Made by a program: the position numbers and the translations under genes. A DNA stretch of 64,000 nt. It comes from a virus. Lineage: Duplodnaviria; Caudoviricetes. Positions 38,464 to 48,548 of this stretch are shown one piece after another. A model generated the notes under the pieces. It was not told the origin of the DNA, did no database searches, and was given only the letters and a program-made list of their open reading frames with translations. Location of the stretch: IMG/VR virus record IMGVR_UViG_3300022661_000051; one strand, given 5' to 3'. The first letter of the stretch is position 1. Each line of letters begins with the position of its first letter.

Positions 38464-39669
38464 ATGGGTATTTTTACTAATACAGCTGCTCTCAATGAGG
38501 GCACATCATATGTTGACCTCTTCTCTCCGGCTGAAGTTGAACTTCAGACGGAGGGTTGCGAGATCAATTTCACAGAAGCTGCTGTTGTAGCAGTTGCTGA
38601 ATGTGAAGAGGTATATAACAAGTCAATGAAGGCTATCGGTATCGGTGAGCTTATGTTCATTGAAAGCCATGGTCATGAAATTATCTATGAGGCAGTTGAC
38701 CTCAAAGCAATCGGCGAAAAGATCAAGATGTTCTTCAAGAAGATCATCGATAAAGTAAAGTCTATTCTTCATGCCTTCATCGTAAAGATGTCATCATTCT
38801 TCTCTTCAGGTAAGGGATTTGTTGACAAGTATAAGAAGGAATTCGTTCGTAAGTGGGCAGATGTTAAGGGTGACTTCGAGTTCAAGGGATACAAATTCTC
38901 AATCGCAGGTATATCTAAGAGCGATAAGGTTGCTAAGGATAATATGGAAAAATTCAACACTAAACTCGGCGCTATCCTGGCAGGTGTAGGCATTGCTAGC
39001 GGAGATGTTACATTTGATGCTAGCGTGACAACAGATGATCTTTCAACAAAAGCTAAGAAGATCAAGGAAGATTCTGAAGAGGAAGCTGATAAGGCAAGAG
39101 CTGCTGCTTATGATCTTTTTGCAACTAAATTTGCTACAGGAACTAAATCAACAGCTACATCTATGGATTCAAAGGAATTCTCAGAAGAGCTCTTCAAGGT
39201 TCTCAGAAGCGGCGAAGATACTAAGGAATCAATTGAAAAGAGTTCACTTTCTACAACAGATATTATCGCTCCTCTTGAGAATGATAAGAAGGTTAAGGAA
39301 GCTGCTACTACAGTATCAGAGTCTATCGTAAAGCAGGCTAATAAGTGTATCGATATTATCGATAAGGCTGTTACTAAGATCGTTAAGACTCTCCCTACAA
39401 AGACTGGTAATGATAAAAAGGCTGCAGATGATCTTGGTAATGCTAAGATTGCATTTATCACAGCAGTAAGTGATCATGTACTCAAGCCTTATGCAAGTGC
39501 TTGTGTAACTGGTCAGGGAATCGTTCTCCAGGCTATCAAGGATAATGTAAGCCAGAATAAGGCTATCATGGCTAAGGTTATTGCCGGCGGCAAGAAGATG
39601 ACTGAAGAGTCAGTTGACTACGGTCACGGAAGCACAGGCAGTTTCCTTGACAGCGTTGTAGTAAGATAA
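38464..39669 (+). CDS. internal head protein, paralog 2
   Basis: MGIFT start; IYE|A then KIKMFFKKIIDKVKSIL...FEFKGYKF. Confidence 0.7.
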   Translation: MGIFTNTAALNEGTSYVDLFSPAEVELQTEGCEINFTEAAVVAVAECEEVYNKSMKAIGIGELMFIESHGHEIIYEAVDLKAIGEKIKMFFKKIIDKVKSILHAFIVKMSSFFSSGKGFVDKYKKEFVRKWADVKGDFEFKGYKFSIAGISKSDKVAKDNMEKFNTKLGAILAGVGIASGDVTFDASVTTDDLSTKAKKIKEDSEEEADKARAAAYDLFATKFATGTKSTATSMDSKEFSEELFKVLRSGEDTKESIEKSSLSTTDIIAPLENDKKVKEAATTVSESIVKQANKCIDIIDKAVTKIVKTLPTKTGNDKKAADDLGNAKIAFITAVSDHVLKPYASACVTGQGIVLQAIKDNVSQNKAIMAKVIAGGKKMTEESVDYGHGSTGSFLDSVVVR

Positions 39670-39698
39670 TTGATTATTTATTCAACGCATAATATACA

Positions 39699-39726
39699 AT
39701 GGGAATACTCGAAAGAGTATTCCCAT
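39699..39726 (+). terminator. terminator or processing hairpin with GAAA tetraloop
   Basis: ATGGGAATACTC-GAAA-GAGTATTCCCAT. Confidence 0.7.
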
Positions 39727-39772
39727 CTACTTTGATTTTTTACTATACTATCTATATAAAGGAGGAGTTCGA

Positions 39773-40924
39773 ATGTCTCTATTCTCTAATAATAAATTTA
39801 TGGTTCTCGAGAATAGCGATTCTCAGAAATCAGAGCTTTTCGGTGTTGAGAGTATGTCTTCTGGTCATGCTAGCGACGCTGAGACTTATTCGTTTACTAA
39901 CGAGTCATTTGACTTTGTTGTCGAATATACAAGAGAATACAATACTGTTCTTAAAGAATTCTATAAGAACATTCTTGAATCTAATGATAATCAGGAAATT
40001 ATCAACGAATCATTCTCAGATTTCTTCTCGAAAGTAAAGGCTATCATCAAGAAGTTTATCGAGTTTATCAAGAAGATATTCGCTAAATTTGTTACTAAGA
40101 TGCACAGTCTTTTCAAATCAGAAAAGTATCTTGAAAGAAATAAAGATAAATTCTCACAGTTTGAGTCGAGTGACGAATTTACATATAAGGGTTATAATTT
40201 CACAAAAATGCTTGACGATTGTCCTACATCAAAACCCGTATCATCATGGTTTGCTGACGGTGGTGCAAATGCATCTGTTACAGATCTTTCTGGCGATGAC
40301 CCTCTTGGTGCGATTACAAGTAAGTATGAGAAGTTCATAGACGGACTTGACGACTTCTATGATAGTTTCAGAGGACAGGTTCTTGGAGTCGACTACGATA
40401 TTACATCATCCGACTTTGACAAGGAATGTCGTGAAATCTTCCGTGACGGAGATTCTGATCCTATAGATATCACTATCGATTCTACAAAGGTTATGGAATG
40501 CTATACTCAGTTCCATAATTATCATGATCTTATCAAATCTATCGAAAAGACTAAGAATGATCTTGAGAAGGATTATGATAGTCTCGCTAAGGCATTTGAG
40601 AAGGGACTTAAGAAGGAAAAAGACGGCGACGGCTGGTTCTTTACTTGGGATCCTTCCGTTACAAGAACCAATGTTGCAGTTGATGCTGCTGAGTTTGGCA
40701 ATAAGATAGATTCTGCTGGCAAGAAGCAGATTAAAAATGACGTATACAACAAGATCGATATGTATATGAAGGCTAAAGTTACACAGATTCATAATATGTC
40801 ATCCATTCATACTCTGGCTTTCAGTGCTAAGCTTCAGGCTGCTAGAGATTGTTTTGTTCAGAATAAGTCAATTCTCTATAAAGCTCTTGCAAAGATCCAG
40901 GGTCATAAGAAGACTGCTGTATAA
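39773..40924 (+). CDS. internal head protein, paralog 3
   Basis: MSLFS start; INE|S then KVKAIIKKFIEFIKKIF...FTYKGYNF. Confidence 0.7.
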   Translation: MSLFSNNKFMVLENSDSQKSELFGVESMSSGHASDAETYSFTNESFDFVVEYTREYNTVLKEFYKNILESNDNQEIINESFSDFFSKVKAIIKKFIEFIKKIFAKFVTKMHSLFKSEKYLERNKDKFSQFESSDEFTYKGYNFTKMLDDCPTSKPVSSWFADGGANASVTDLSGDDPLGAITSKYEKFIDGLDDFYDSFRGQVLGVDYDITSSDFDKECREIFRDGDSDPIDITIDSTKVMECYTQFHNYHDLIKSIEKTKNDLEKDYDSLAKAFEKGLKKEKDGDGWFFTWDPSVTRTNVAVDAAEFGNKIDSAGKKQIKNDVYNKIDMYMKAKVTQIHNMSSIHTLAFSAKLQAARDCFVQNKSILYKALAKIQGHKKTAV

Positions 40925-40938
40925 GGAGGGAGGATAAT

Positions 40939-42399
40939 ATGTATAATACAATGGAATATACTGATAGTGTTGCACACTTTTCATTTCTTGAAAGTATGAT
41001 TCATGAACAGAATGAGATGGCTGATTATATCTCAGAATGTGTTATCCTCTCAAACCCTAATAAGAAATATGCTCTTAACGAGCTTGCTTCATTTAACGAA
41101 GGTGCTTTCGGCGATAAGGTTAAGGGTATGTTTACTCGTCTCAAGAGCTTCTTCTCAAGAATATGGCAGAAGTTCCTTGAGAAGCTTAATGCTTGGTCTA
41201 TGGATAATAAGAAGTATCTTGAAGAGTATAAAGATATCATTCTTGGTAAGAAGGTTACTCTCGAATCTGTTAAGATGAGAAATCATAAAGAGGGAGTAAA
41301 TCGTATTATTAATATATACAAGAACAAAGTTAATAGCTTTGCTGTCCCTCTTAAATATGATGAAATCGGTTTCGAAGATGATAACATTAATAGCATAAAT
41401 AAATCTGCTCGAGAAAATATGGCTAATGACAATGAAGCTCGAAACAATGCAGAAAAGGCGTACACAAGAGGCCAGTATACTAGTGTTCTCGAAACATTAG
41501 ATATAAATTTAGGAGTTAATCTTAGCGACGATGATGAATTAAATGGTATAGCTGCATCATTAACCTCTTATTTTAATGGAGGTAATGAAGATGAAACATG
41601 GAGTACAACCAAAATCAATGATAACATGCCTCATATGTTCGATATGTTATATCAGTATAATGATTATGTTGCAGGCTTAACAAAAATGAAAGAAGCGTTC
41701 GTTTCTGCAATGGATAAGAACGAAAAGGCTTATATTGCTCAGTTTGAAAAAATGAAGAAACTTGCTAATACTGAAAATGAAGCTAATAAACCTAATGCAA
41801 CCGAATCTCAGAAAACTTCTGGAGCCGAGGCAGGTTCTGCTCTCAACAAGGCAATTGAAGATGTAAAAAAAGACAATGCTCAGAATGAGGCATTTTCAAG
41901 AGTTTATGGAAAAGCTATAAATGAATCAGAAGTTAAGATCGATAGAGGTTCATCGTCTGCAGCTGGTTCGTCAGCAGGTACTGATTCTGATCGTCCTGAT
42001 ACTGTGAAGTCTGGTACTAATAAAATAGATACTAGCTCGAATAAAAAATCTGGTGCTGATATTTCGAAAAAGGGAACAGATACCGCAGCTCAGATAAAAA
42101 CTGGTGTTGATACTGATAGCGCAGCAAAAAGTGCCACATCTCAGTTCGCTAATCCCAACACTAGACAGGCATCATCAGAACAGCTGGATAATTTCCAGTC
42201 TCATGCAACAGCACTTATTAAAGCATATTCTACTGTAAGAACAACAATCTTCGGTTCTATGCTTAATGGTCTTCAGAATATGAGAGGAGATTATATGGCT
42301 ATTGTAAGAGCTCATGTTAATTCCTATCTTGGTGCTGTAAATAACCCAGATTCTGATACAAGTAGAAAGAGTTCTACTGATAAGGATACTAATCTTTAA
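40939..42399 (+). CDS. internal head protein, paralog 4
   Basis: FNE|G then KVKGMFTRLKSFFSRIW...KKYLEEYK; further QNE|A and INE|S sites. Confidence 0.65.
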   Translation: MYNTMEYTDSVAHFSFLESMIHEQNEMADYISECVILSNPNKKYALNELASFNEGAFGDKVKGMFTRLKSFFSRIWQKFLEKLNAWSMDNKKYLEEYKDIILGKKVTLESVKMRNHKEGVNRIINIYKNKVNSFAVPLKYDEIGFEDDNINSINKSARENMANDNEARNNAEKAYTRGQYTSVLETLDINLGVNLSDDDELNGIAASLTSYFNGGNEDETWSTTKINDNMPHMFDMLYQYNDYVAGLTKMKEAFVSAMDKNEKAYIAQFEKMKKLANTENEANKPNATESQKTSGAEAGSALNKAIEDVKKDNAQNEAFSRVYGKAINESEVKIDRGSSSAAGSSAGTDSDRPDTVKSGTNKIDTSSNKKSGADISKKGTDTAAQIKTGVDTDSAAKSATSQFANPNTRQASSEQLDNFQSHATALIKAYSTVRTTIFGSMLNGLQNMRGDYMAIVRAHVNSYLGAVNNPDSDTSRKSSTDKDTNL

Positions 42400-42404
42400 T
42401 ATAC

Positions 42405-42434
42405 ACAGGGCTGGTTCTCCAGCCCTGTCTCTTT
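42405..42434 (+). terminator. intrinsic terminator
   Basis: ACAGGGCTGG-ttct-CCAGCCCTGT-ctctttt. Confidence 0.75.
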
Positions 42435-42444
42435 TGCTCTCAAG

Positions 42445-42456
42445 AACTTTATTATA
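42445..42456 (+). promoter_or_regulatory. late-type promoter (AACT variant)
   Basis: AACT-TTATTA-TA. Confidence 0.55.
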
Positions 42457-42472
42457 AAGAGAGGTGTTAATT

Positions 42473-43666
42473 ATGTCAAAAGAAATTTTTCAATACAAAT
42501 TAGTGTTTCGTTATGTGGACTCTGAATCTAATGACGAAATTAATATAGATGCTGAACAGATTCAGTATATCGCAATAGATAAAAACTATGAAGAGACAAA
42601 TATGCCAGTTATTGCTATAATCGGATCTATAGAGAAGAACGTTCTGGACGAAATGATTTTAAATATAGATAAGAATATTGTCAATCTTGGTATATACAGA
42701 TATGACGTTTCAAACCAATCTGACGGTATTACTAAGAAGTATTTTCAGGATAGATTTATTTATATTATTCCAGATGATATATCTAAAACTGCAGAGATTG
42801 ACTATCCGAATGGTGAAGATAAACCTGGTCTTTATAAAGACGTAACTATATGGCTTCTTCCACAAGATGCCGTTAATAACAACAGAAGAGTTATCAATGG
42901 AGTGTTTAAGAACGCTTCTATGAACTCTTTGATATTGAATATGACTACTACATATTTAGGAAAGGTTCTCTTAGAACCGTTAAAATATGATAATAAATTC
43001 GATCAAGTGGTTATTCCTCCACAGGATTCTATATCGTCTTATATAGCGTTTCTGAATAATAACTTGTCAGTATTCTATGATACTGACTATAGATTCTTCA
43101 TCGACTTTGATATGACATATATATTATCGTCTGAAGGTAATATTGTTAAGAGTAAGAATCAAGATATATTTACGGTCGAGATTAATGTCAAAGATATAAT
43201 TGCTGACTCGGATGACGATCCTGGTATGTATGTCGATCAGACTAATAACAAGTATATTATGTATGTAAATTCATCGCAGGTTGAATATACAAAAAATAAT
43301 ATAAGTAACAAGATAGTAAATAAAGTTACCACCATAGATACATCTGGTAATGTACAAGAAAAGGTCTTAGCATCGAATCAGACAGGAATAACTAAGACTA
43401 TGAATCAAATCATTAATTTGGACAATGATGATAGTAATGCTATTAATACTATAGCGTCTAACATTGAATCTGGTAATATCAGAATATCTATTATCAAGAA
43501 TGATTTAGATGCGAGTATGTTTACGATAAATAAAGAATACATCATTAATGATCCATTACATTCTGAATATAATGGTAGATATCTGTTGGTATCTACAAAA
43601 CAATTTTTCGTAAAGCAATCCGAATACTTTGTTATGTCAACAGTGTTAAATTTCAAAAAGATATAA
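42473..43666 (+). CDS. putative baseplate hub-like structural protein
   Basis: Beta-rich ~400 aa; C-terminal YNGRYLLVSTKQFF resembles hub-protein ends; late promoter. Confidence 0.5.
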   Translation: MSKEIFQYKLVFRYVDSESNDEINIDAEQIQYIAIDKNYEETNMPVIAIIGSIEKNVLDEMILNIDKNIVNLGIYRYDVSNQSDGITKKYFQDRFIYIIPDDISKTAEIDYPNGEDKPGLYKDVTIWLLPQDAVNNNRRVINGVFKNASMNSLILNMTTTYLGKVLLEPLKYDNKFDQVVIPPQDSISSYIAFLNNNLSVFYDTDYRFFIDFDMTYILSSEGNIVKSKNQDIFTVEINVKDIIADSDDDPGMYVDQTNNKYIMYVNSSQVEYTKNNISNKIVNKVTTIDTSGNVQEKVLASNQTGITKTMNQIINLDNDDSNAINTIASNIESGNIRISIIKNDLDASMFTINKEYIINDPLHSEYNGRYLLVSTKQFFVKQSEYFVMSTVLNFKKI

Positions 43667-43668
43667 AA

Positions 43669-43702
43669 AAGAAAGCCCCGAATGAACGGGGCTTTCTTGT
43701 TT
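43669..43702. terminator. bidirectional terminator
   Basis: AAGAAAGCCCCG-aatgaa-CGGGGCTTTCTT between convergent genes. Confidence 0.8.
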
Positions 43703-44166
43703 TACATGTAGGGATCTTCTTCCTTATCTCCAAAGAGACGGTCTATTATTTCTTGTTTAGATTCGTCTTTTTCGAATCCCATTTTTTCAGCAAGGGTTAC
43801 AACCGCTGAATTTATATTAGACAGTAATATACTTATACTGTCACTAATAATTATATCGTCTTGTGTAAGCGAATGTTCTTTTATAAACTCTCGAGAAACC
43901 GACATTGTTGGCGCTTTTGTTGAAGTTATTTTTATTGATCGCCCATTAATTTGTCTATTACGATATTCGTTTATTATTATATCGTCATTACAAGTACTTT
44001 CTATAGAGATAAGTGGGAATTTGATTTTAATATTTTCTATAGAAGATAATAAACGATTAAACGGATTAGTATTTATATCATTTCCAATTAAGATAAATAC
44101 TTTTTCATATTTAATGTCAGTTTTTGCCTCATTATTTCCTGTTATTATACGGAATATTCTTGCCAT
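43702..44166 (-). CDS. hypothetical protein
   Basis: 154-aa ORF, AGGAGG RBS. Confidence 0.75.
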   Translation of the reverse strand: MARIFRIITGNNEAKTDIKYEKVFILIGNDINTNPFNRLLSSIENIKIKFPLISIESTCNDDIIINEYRNRQINGRSIKITSTKAPTMSVSREFIKEHSLTQDDIIISDSISILLSNINSAVVTLAEKMGFEKDESKQEIIDRLFGDKEEDPYM

Positions 44167-44227
44167 AAATATTTACCTCCTACTAATAGCCATTAGGCGT
44201 TATGATTGATTAACTAGATACTGTTAA

Positions 44228-44263
44228 AAAATATAGGCTAGGATTAGTCCTAGCCTATATTTT
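44228..44263 (-). terminator. intrinsic terminator
   Basis: AAAATATAGGCTAGGA-ttag-TCCTAGCCTATATTTT. Confidence 0.75.
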
Positions 44264-44289
44264 ATTATACCACTGTTACCAAGTTCGCA

Positions 44290-44979
44290 TTAATATCTAC
44301 CGCTCTTTACCCAAATAGCAATTAACCATTTAAGAGGAGCGTTAGAATCCATTTCGCTTTCTCTCATTTTAGAGAGTCGGCTTTCGAGTTCTTTTATTTC
44401 TTCATCGCCTAAATGTTTTACATTCATTGGCGTGCGACATACAGGACAGCTTTTCTTTATATAACTCGCATTTATTAACGAGCCACAATGCTGACATTCG
44501 ATTTTTCTCTGCTTTTCCTGTTCAGTAAAATACGCTTTCTTTTCGTCAATTTCTTTTGCAAGGTTATTGTACTCTTCTGAAAATACAGTATTATGAAGGT
44601 CCTTAAATCTTATTGCGTAATACCCTAACTCTTTACGATCATTAACGACATGCCTATAGTCGAACCTCATATTAAGAATCAAACAATCTTTTGCGTTGAA
44701 CTGCGACCAAAAAGCATCTCTTTCATCGTCGAAACTACCAACGTAATTAGTAAAGCTTTTCTCCCTACAGCTTCTATATTCTTCATCGAAGAATTCAATT
44801 TGACGAGCTTCAAAAAAATTTCTGAATATTCTTTCTTTAGCGCGTTTATTATTTTGCTCGTCAATATATTCTTCGACAGCAGTTTGGATTTCTTCTCTTG
44901 TTGCAGAGCAAGGCGCTTCTAAGAAGCAAACATTAATACCCATAGTTTCTTCTGTCTGTGAAGTAAATTCCTTTATCAT
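44290..44979 (-). CDS. hypothetical protein with C-terminal zinc ribbon
   Basis: CQHCG...CPVCR; GAGGAGAGG RBS. Confidence 0.75.
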   Translation of the reverse strand: MIKEFTSQTEETMGINVCFLEAPCSATREEIQTAVEEYIDEQNNKRAKERIFRNFFEARQIEFFDEEYRSCREKSFTNYVGSFDDERDAFWSQFNAKDCLILNMRFDYRHVVNDRKELGYYAIRFKDLHNTVFSEEYNNLAKEIDEKKAYFTEQEKQRKIECQHCGSLINASYIKKSCPVCRTPMNVKHLGDEEIKELESRLSKMRESEMDSNAPLKWLIAIWVKSGRY

Positions 44980-45076
44980 AATAACCTCTCCTCTTCGACT
45001 AGATAAATCTTATCAGAATTACAGCAAAGCGTGTCTACATTAAAGAATCAGGAAATTTTGCATAGTATGTATACCA

Positions 45077-45343
45077 TTAAACATTACTCATCCCTGTTAT
45101 TTCTTGTATAACTTTACTGATCTTGCTATAACAAGAATCGCAGAGCTGGAGCTTGACGCTTCCAGCTGCTGCCTTTATGAACGGCTTATCCTTCGTTGTT
45201 TCCAGCATTGGCTGGATTAAAGGAAAAGTCTCTACTTGATGAAAATTATATTTCACCGAAGTTTGAGGGGTACATATAACCTGCTGCTGAAAATTACAGC
45301 CGTCGCATTTTAATACTCCCTTATATGTGTTTTCAGTGAACAT
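45077..45343 (-). CDS. small zinc-finger-like protein
   Basis: CDGC...LCDSC; GAGGTG RBS. Confidence 0.7.
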   Translation of the reverse strand: MFTENTYKGVLKCDGCNFQQQVICTPQTSVKYNFHQVETFPLIQPMLETTKDKPFIKAAAGSVKLQLCDSCYSKISKVIQEITGMSNV

Positions 45344-45354
45344 ATTATCACCTC

Positions 45355-46590
45355 TTACTTTTTATTAATATCATGAAGTTTAGACATTTCTGACGAGAGC
45401 TTTCCGATAATCTCGATCACATTTGAAAGGATATCATCGACTGATTTTTTAGGTTCTTTGTTAGATTTAGTAGCAGTAGTGGTTTCTTCGCTACAACACT
45501 TAGGGCAGTTGCTGCAATCACCATCACAACGATTGTCATCATCAGAAACTGGAACGTCTCCTCTCAGCTCAGGCTCAGAGCACTTTTCGGATTTTCTTTC
45601 TTCTTCGCCTTTCTTAATAGCCTCAAGAGATTCCTGATTAAGTCTTTCTATTGCTTCATCGGCACTCATGAGCATATCAGAAACGATTTCATCGAAATCC
45701 GGCTCGTTATTTACAACAACAGTCACTGGAACTGTTGATGGAACATAAACCTTTCCATCGCAGAAGAACTTGCAGTAATTGTTACTACCATCGGTCATAT
45801 AACTGAATACTTCTTCTGTTCCTGCAAGACCGAAACTATTTTCGACAACGATATACATATTGTTATTCTGCTTAGATCTAGGCAGATAATTATACACATA
45901 TGTCTGTCCGTATCTTTCCATAAACATTTCAAAAAGATCGGACTCGTCCTTACTCTTTATGTCAAGAGAGGATGATGTATTCATTAATAAATCGAATACT
46001 CTTGACATATTTCTAAGGCTGTTTATATTGCGAATCACATTACAAATCGCAATATCATCAGCGATTCCCATAATAAGAAGCTGAATAGGAGTTAATTTAT
46101 TTGTCGAAGTTATTTCCTTTATTACTGTATTCGACTTATTATCTATACAGTAGATGTCACAGCTTTTTGTTGAGCTACAGATTATAACCTTTACCAGATC
46201 AGAAAGTTCTGATGTGTTTGTATATCTGAACTGAGGGTAAGTTATTGCATCATTGATATCGTCTTCGACATCATAGTTTTGAATAGCTTGGCCTACTCTA
46301 TAAACTCTAGGTACCGCTGCGTATGCCATTTTTGGCTGTGCCATTTTTGGATCCTGTATATCGTATATGATAATTGCAAGCTCTGTTCTGATGAATTCTC
46401 TGATTCTATCGAGTTCGCTACTACTCATCATATCCGAGTCGCAGCTGCAACAGATAATATTATTTTTTGAATTTATCGTGAGTTCACAATAGAACTCGAT
46501 CGCTTCCTTATTGTTTCTCTTATCGAGAATCTCTTTCTGTACATCAAATGAAGTCTTTCCGTAAATTGTAGTATTGTTGTTCATGTTCAT
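45355..46590 (-). CDS. hypothetical protein with a Cys cluster near the C-terminus
   Basis: 411 aa; CDGDCSNCPKCC; AGGAGG RBS. Confidence 0.75.
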   Translation of the reverse strand: MNMNNNTTIYGKTSFDVQKEILDKRNNKEAIEFYCELTINSKNNIICCSCDSDMMSSSELDRIREFIRTELAIIIYDIQDPKMAQPKMAYAAVPRVYRVGQAIQNYDVEDDINDAITYPQFRYTNTSELSDLVKVIICSSTKSCDIYCIDNKSNTVIKEITSTNKLTPIQLLIMGIADDIAICNVIRNINSLRNMSRVFDLLMNTSSSLDIKSKDESDLFEMFMERYGQTYVYNYLPRSKQNNNMYIVVENSFGLAGTEEVFSYMTDGSNNYCKFFCDGKVYVPSTVPVTVVVNNEPDFDEIVSDMLMSADEAIERLNQESLEAIKKGEEERKSEKCSEPELRGDVPVSDDDNRCDGDCSNCPKCCSEETTTATKSNKEPKKSVDDILSNVIEIIGKLSSEMSKLHDINKK

Positions 46591-46625
46591 ATATCTTTAC
46601 CTCCTGAAAATTAGACCCAGGGCCA

Positions 46626-47771
46626 TTAAAGCCCTGGGTTATCGTATAATCTTATTATATCAATCGGATTCTTGACATAATATTTGTCATTGATTTCCTG
46701 TAATCCGACAGGATCGATCTTGGAGTAGAACCAAGACATATCTGATGCTTCAGGATATGCCTGATACAGATTTGTCATCTTGACTAGATCTACTCTAGAA
46801 TATCTATAAGAGAGATTCAAAGTATAACCATTCTCATACTCGGAATGTTTACTAAGAATCTTCTTCTTTGTTAACGGCATAAGAACATTATCGATAGCTT
46901 CGGGAGTGTTATACGCCGGAAGAATTAATCTATCTTCTAAAAGCTTTGTTAATATCTTAACTGCATCTTTAGAAGAGTAATAAGAATATAATGCTCTTTC
47001 TTTAAATGATGTAAGAGCAATGTATAATGAAAGAAGTTCAGGTGGTAAATTCACGTTCTGAGCTTCTTTGATATGATTTACGTATGATCTCCAATGAAAC
47101 CATACGTTATTTCGTTCTACGCAAAACGAGGCATCCATATCGTTCGTTTTGCGTGGTCTGAAGACGAACGAATTTGGATGAATTGTAGGAATTTGCCAAG
47201 AAAGCAAATCCTTTGTTATTATTATATTAGGACAGTTATTATTACCGTATCGATTCAGTAGATTGTTAATCATTACTGACGGGATAACATGTCCTGATAT
47301 AAAATATAACCTGGAGAAATATGGGACTAGAAGTTTAAGTAGAGAAATGTTCTTCTCTATTTCTTCATCCCTTGGTTTACATGGAATCTTGTCCGATCCC
47401 ATTTTTTGAATAAGACCATCGTTAAGCACTCTCATATCTTGTACTAATTCGATGGACTCGTCAGAGTGAATGATGTGTATATTTGTTATTACACCATGTC
47501 TACTCCAATAGTATGCTCTAAAATGAGCACACATATTAAGAACTGCTGCTGAAAGGAGCAAGTCATCTCCCCATACAGTTCTTTTATATAATGGTCGCAA
47601 TATAGTAGCCATATCAATAAACAGATTGATCTCTGTTGAATTTGCATATGGACTATTTGCGAATTGATTTAAAGTAATCTCTTTAAGCTTGTCGTACTTA
47701 ATAAAATTACTATAGATAAAGTATTCCAACGGAATACTATTTATCTTTGAATCCATGTTATTGTTAAACAT
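46626..47771 (-). CDS. divergent 5'-3' exonuclease / T4 RNase H (PIN/FEN)-like protein
   Basis: NLFIDMATIL and NIIITKDLLSWQI resemble FEN/RNase H motifs, but several acidic ligands appear absent. Confidence 0.45.
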   Translation of the reverse strand: MFNNNMDSKINSIPLEYFIYSNFIKYDKLKEITLNQFANSPYANSTEINLFIDMATILRPLYKRTVWGDDLLLSAAVLNMCAHFRAYYWSRHGVITNIHIIHSDESIELVQDMRVLNDGLIQKMGSDKIPCKPRDEEIEKNISLLKLLVPYFSRLYFISGHVIPSVMINNLLNRYGNNNCPNIIITKDLLSWQIPTIHPNSFVFRPRKTNDMDASFCVERNNVWFHWRSYVNHIKEAQNVNLPPELLSLYIALTSFKERALYSYYSSKDAVKILTKLLEDRLILPAYNTPEAIDNVLMPLTKKKILSKHSEYENGYTLNLSYRYSRVDLVKMTNLYQAYPEASDMSWFYSKIDPVGLQEINDKYYVKNPIDIIRLYDNPGL

Positions 47772-47782
47772 GGTTATCCCTC

Positions 47783-48184
47783 CTATCCTAACAACTCGTT
47801 CGGATCATAGTAATCATCTTCACAAGTTCCTGCGGATTCGTCGAAGAATTCATCGTCTTCTCCGAGTATGGAGTTGAGACTTTTTCTGAAATCGTCCCTT
47901 GATGATATTTCCTTAAGAAGTTCTTTAGTATTTCCATGTCCGGAAGCTATAAGAATTCTGGCAAGTTCACCTGGTCCTTCTTCAGTTAAGAAAGTCATTC
48001 CTTTAGCAGCTTGTTCGCTACCATCCGGATTAACTCTCCATCGTCTTAATTCTAATCGAGCCGTGGGGTTGTCCCCCCAACGAATCTTTCGAAAAGCATT
48101 AAATTGATTTCCTTCTTCTTCAAAAGGAAAGTCGACTCCGTCGACAACTTCAAATTTAATGACAGGGTTAACTTTCTTTTCCAT
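47783..48184 (-). CDS. PC4/YdbC-like single-stranded DNA-binding protein with acidic tail
   Basis: FRKIRWG..LELRRW..KGMTFLTEE matches the PC4-like pattern; D/E-rich C-terminus. Confidence 0.65.
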   Translation of the reverse strand: MEKKVNPVIKFEVVDGVDFPFEEEGNQFNAFRKIRWGDNPTARLELRRWRVNPDGSEQAAKGMTFLTEEGPGELARILIASGHGNTKELLKEISSRDDFRKSLNSILGEDDEFFDESAGTCEDDYYDPNELLG

Positions 48185-48196
48185 AGTAACCCTCCT

Positions 48197-48478
48197 TTAC
48201 ATGAAGATATCTTCGCTAATCAGCTCAGGAAATACTGTATTTCTTATAAGCTGTTTAGCTTTTCTTGCGATCTTCTTAGCCTCGATACGATCGACGAATC
48301 TACCTTTCGAAGTTATAAACCCTTCAAGAATAGAATCTTTATTTTGATCAGGATCGATACCAAGAGCAAGACATTTATTAAAGCAATTAAAATGTCTTTT
48401 GCCCTGCACGATAATATACGATTCAGAAATCCTTATCTTCATTGCAGAGCAAAGAATTTTTTCTTTGAATATATTCAT
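48197..48478 (-). CDS. small phage hypothetical protein
   Basis: ILCSA..GKRH..EGFITSKGRFVDRIEA; start moved to MNIF after GGGAGG. Confidence 0.7.
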   Translation of the reverse strand: MNIFKEKILCSAMKIRISESYIIVQGKRHFNCFNKCLALGIDPDQNKDSILEGFITSKGRFVDRIEAKKIARKAKQLIRNTVFPELISEDIFM

Positions 48479-48510
48479 TTTATATTCAAACCTCCCTGAC
48501 AAAAATTAAA

Positions 48511-48532
48511 GTGGGGCATATAATTGCCCCAC
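48511..48532 (-). terminator. terminator hairpin
   Basis: GTGGGGCA-tataat-TGCCCCAC flanked by A/T tracts. Confidence 0.65.
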
Positions 48533-48548
48533 CTTATTTTTTATCTGA

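Noticed and set aside
44214-44225. AACA motif upstream of the 44166 gene as a late promoter
   Set aside because: Reads AACA-GTATCT-AG, so spacing and +1 do not match the consensus; left uncalled
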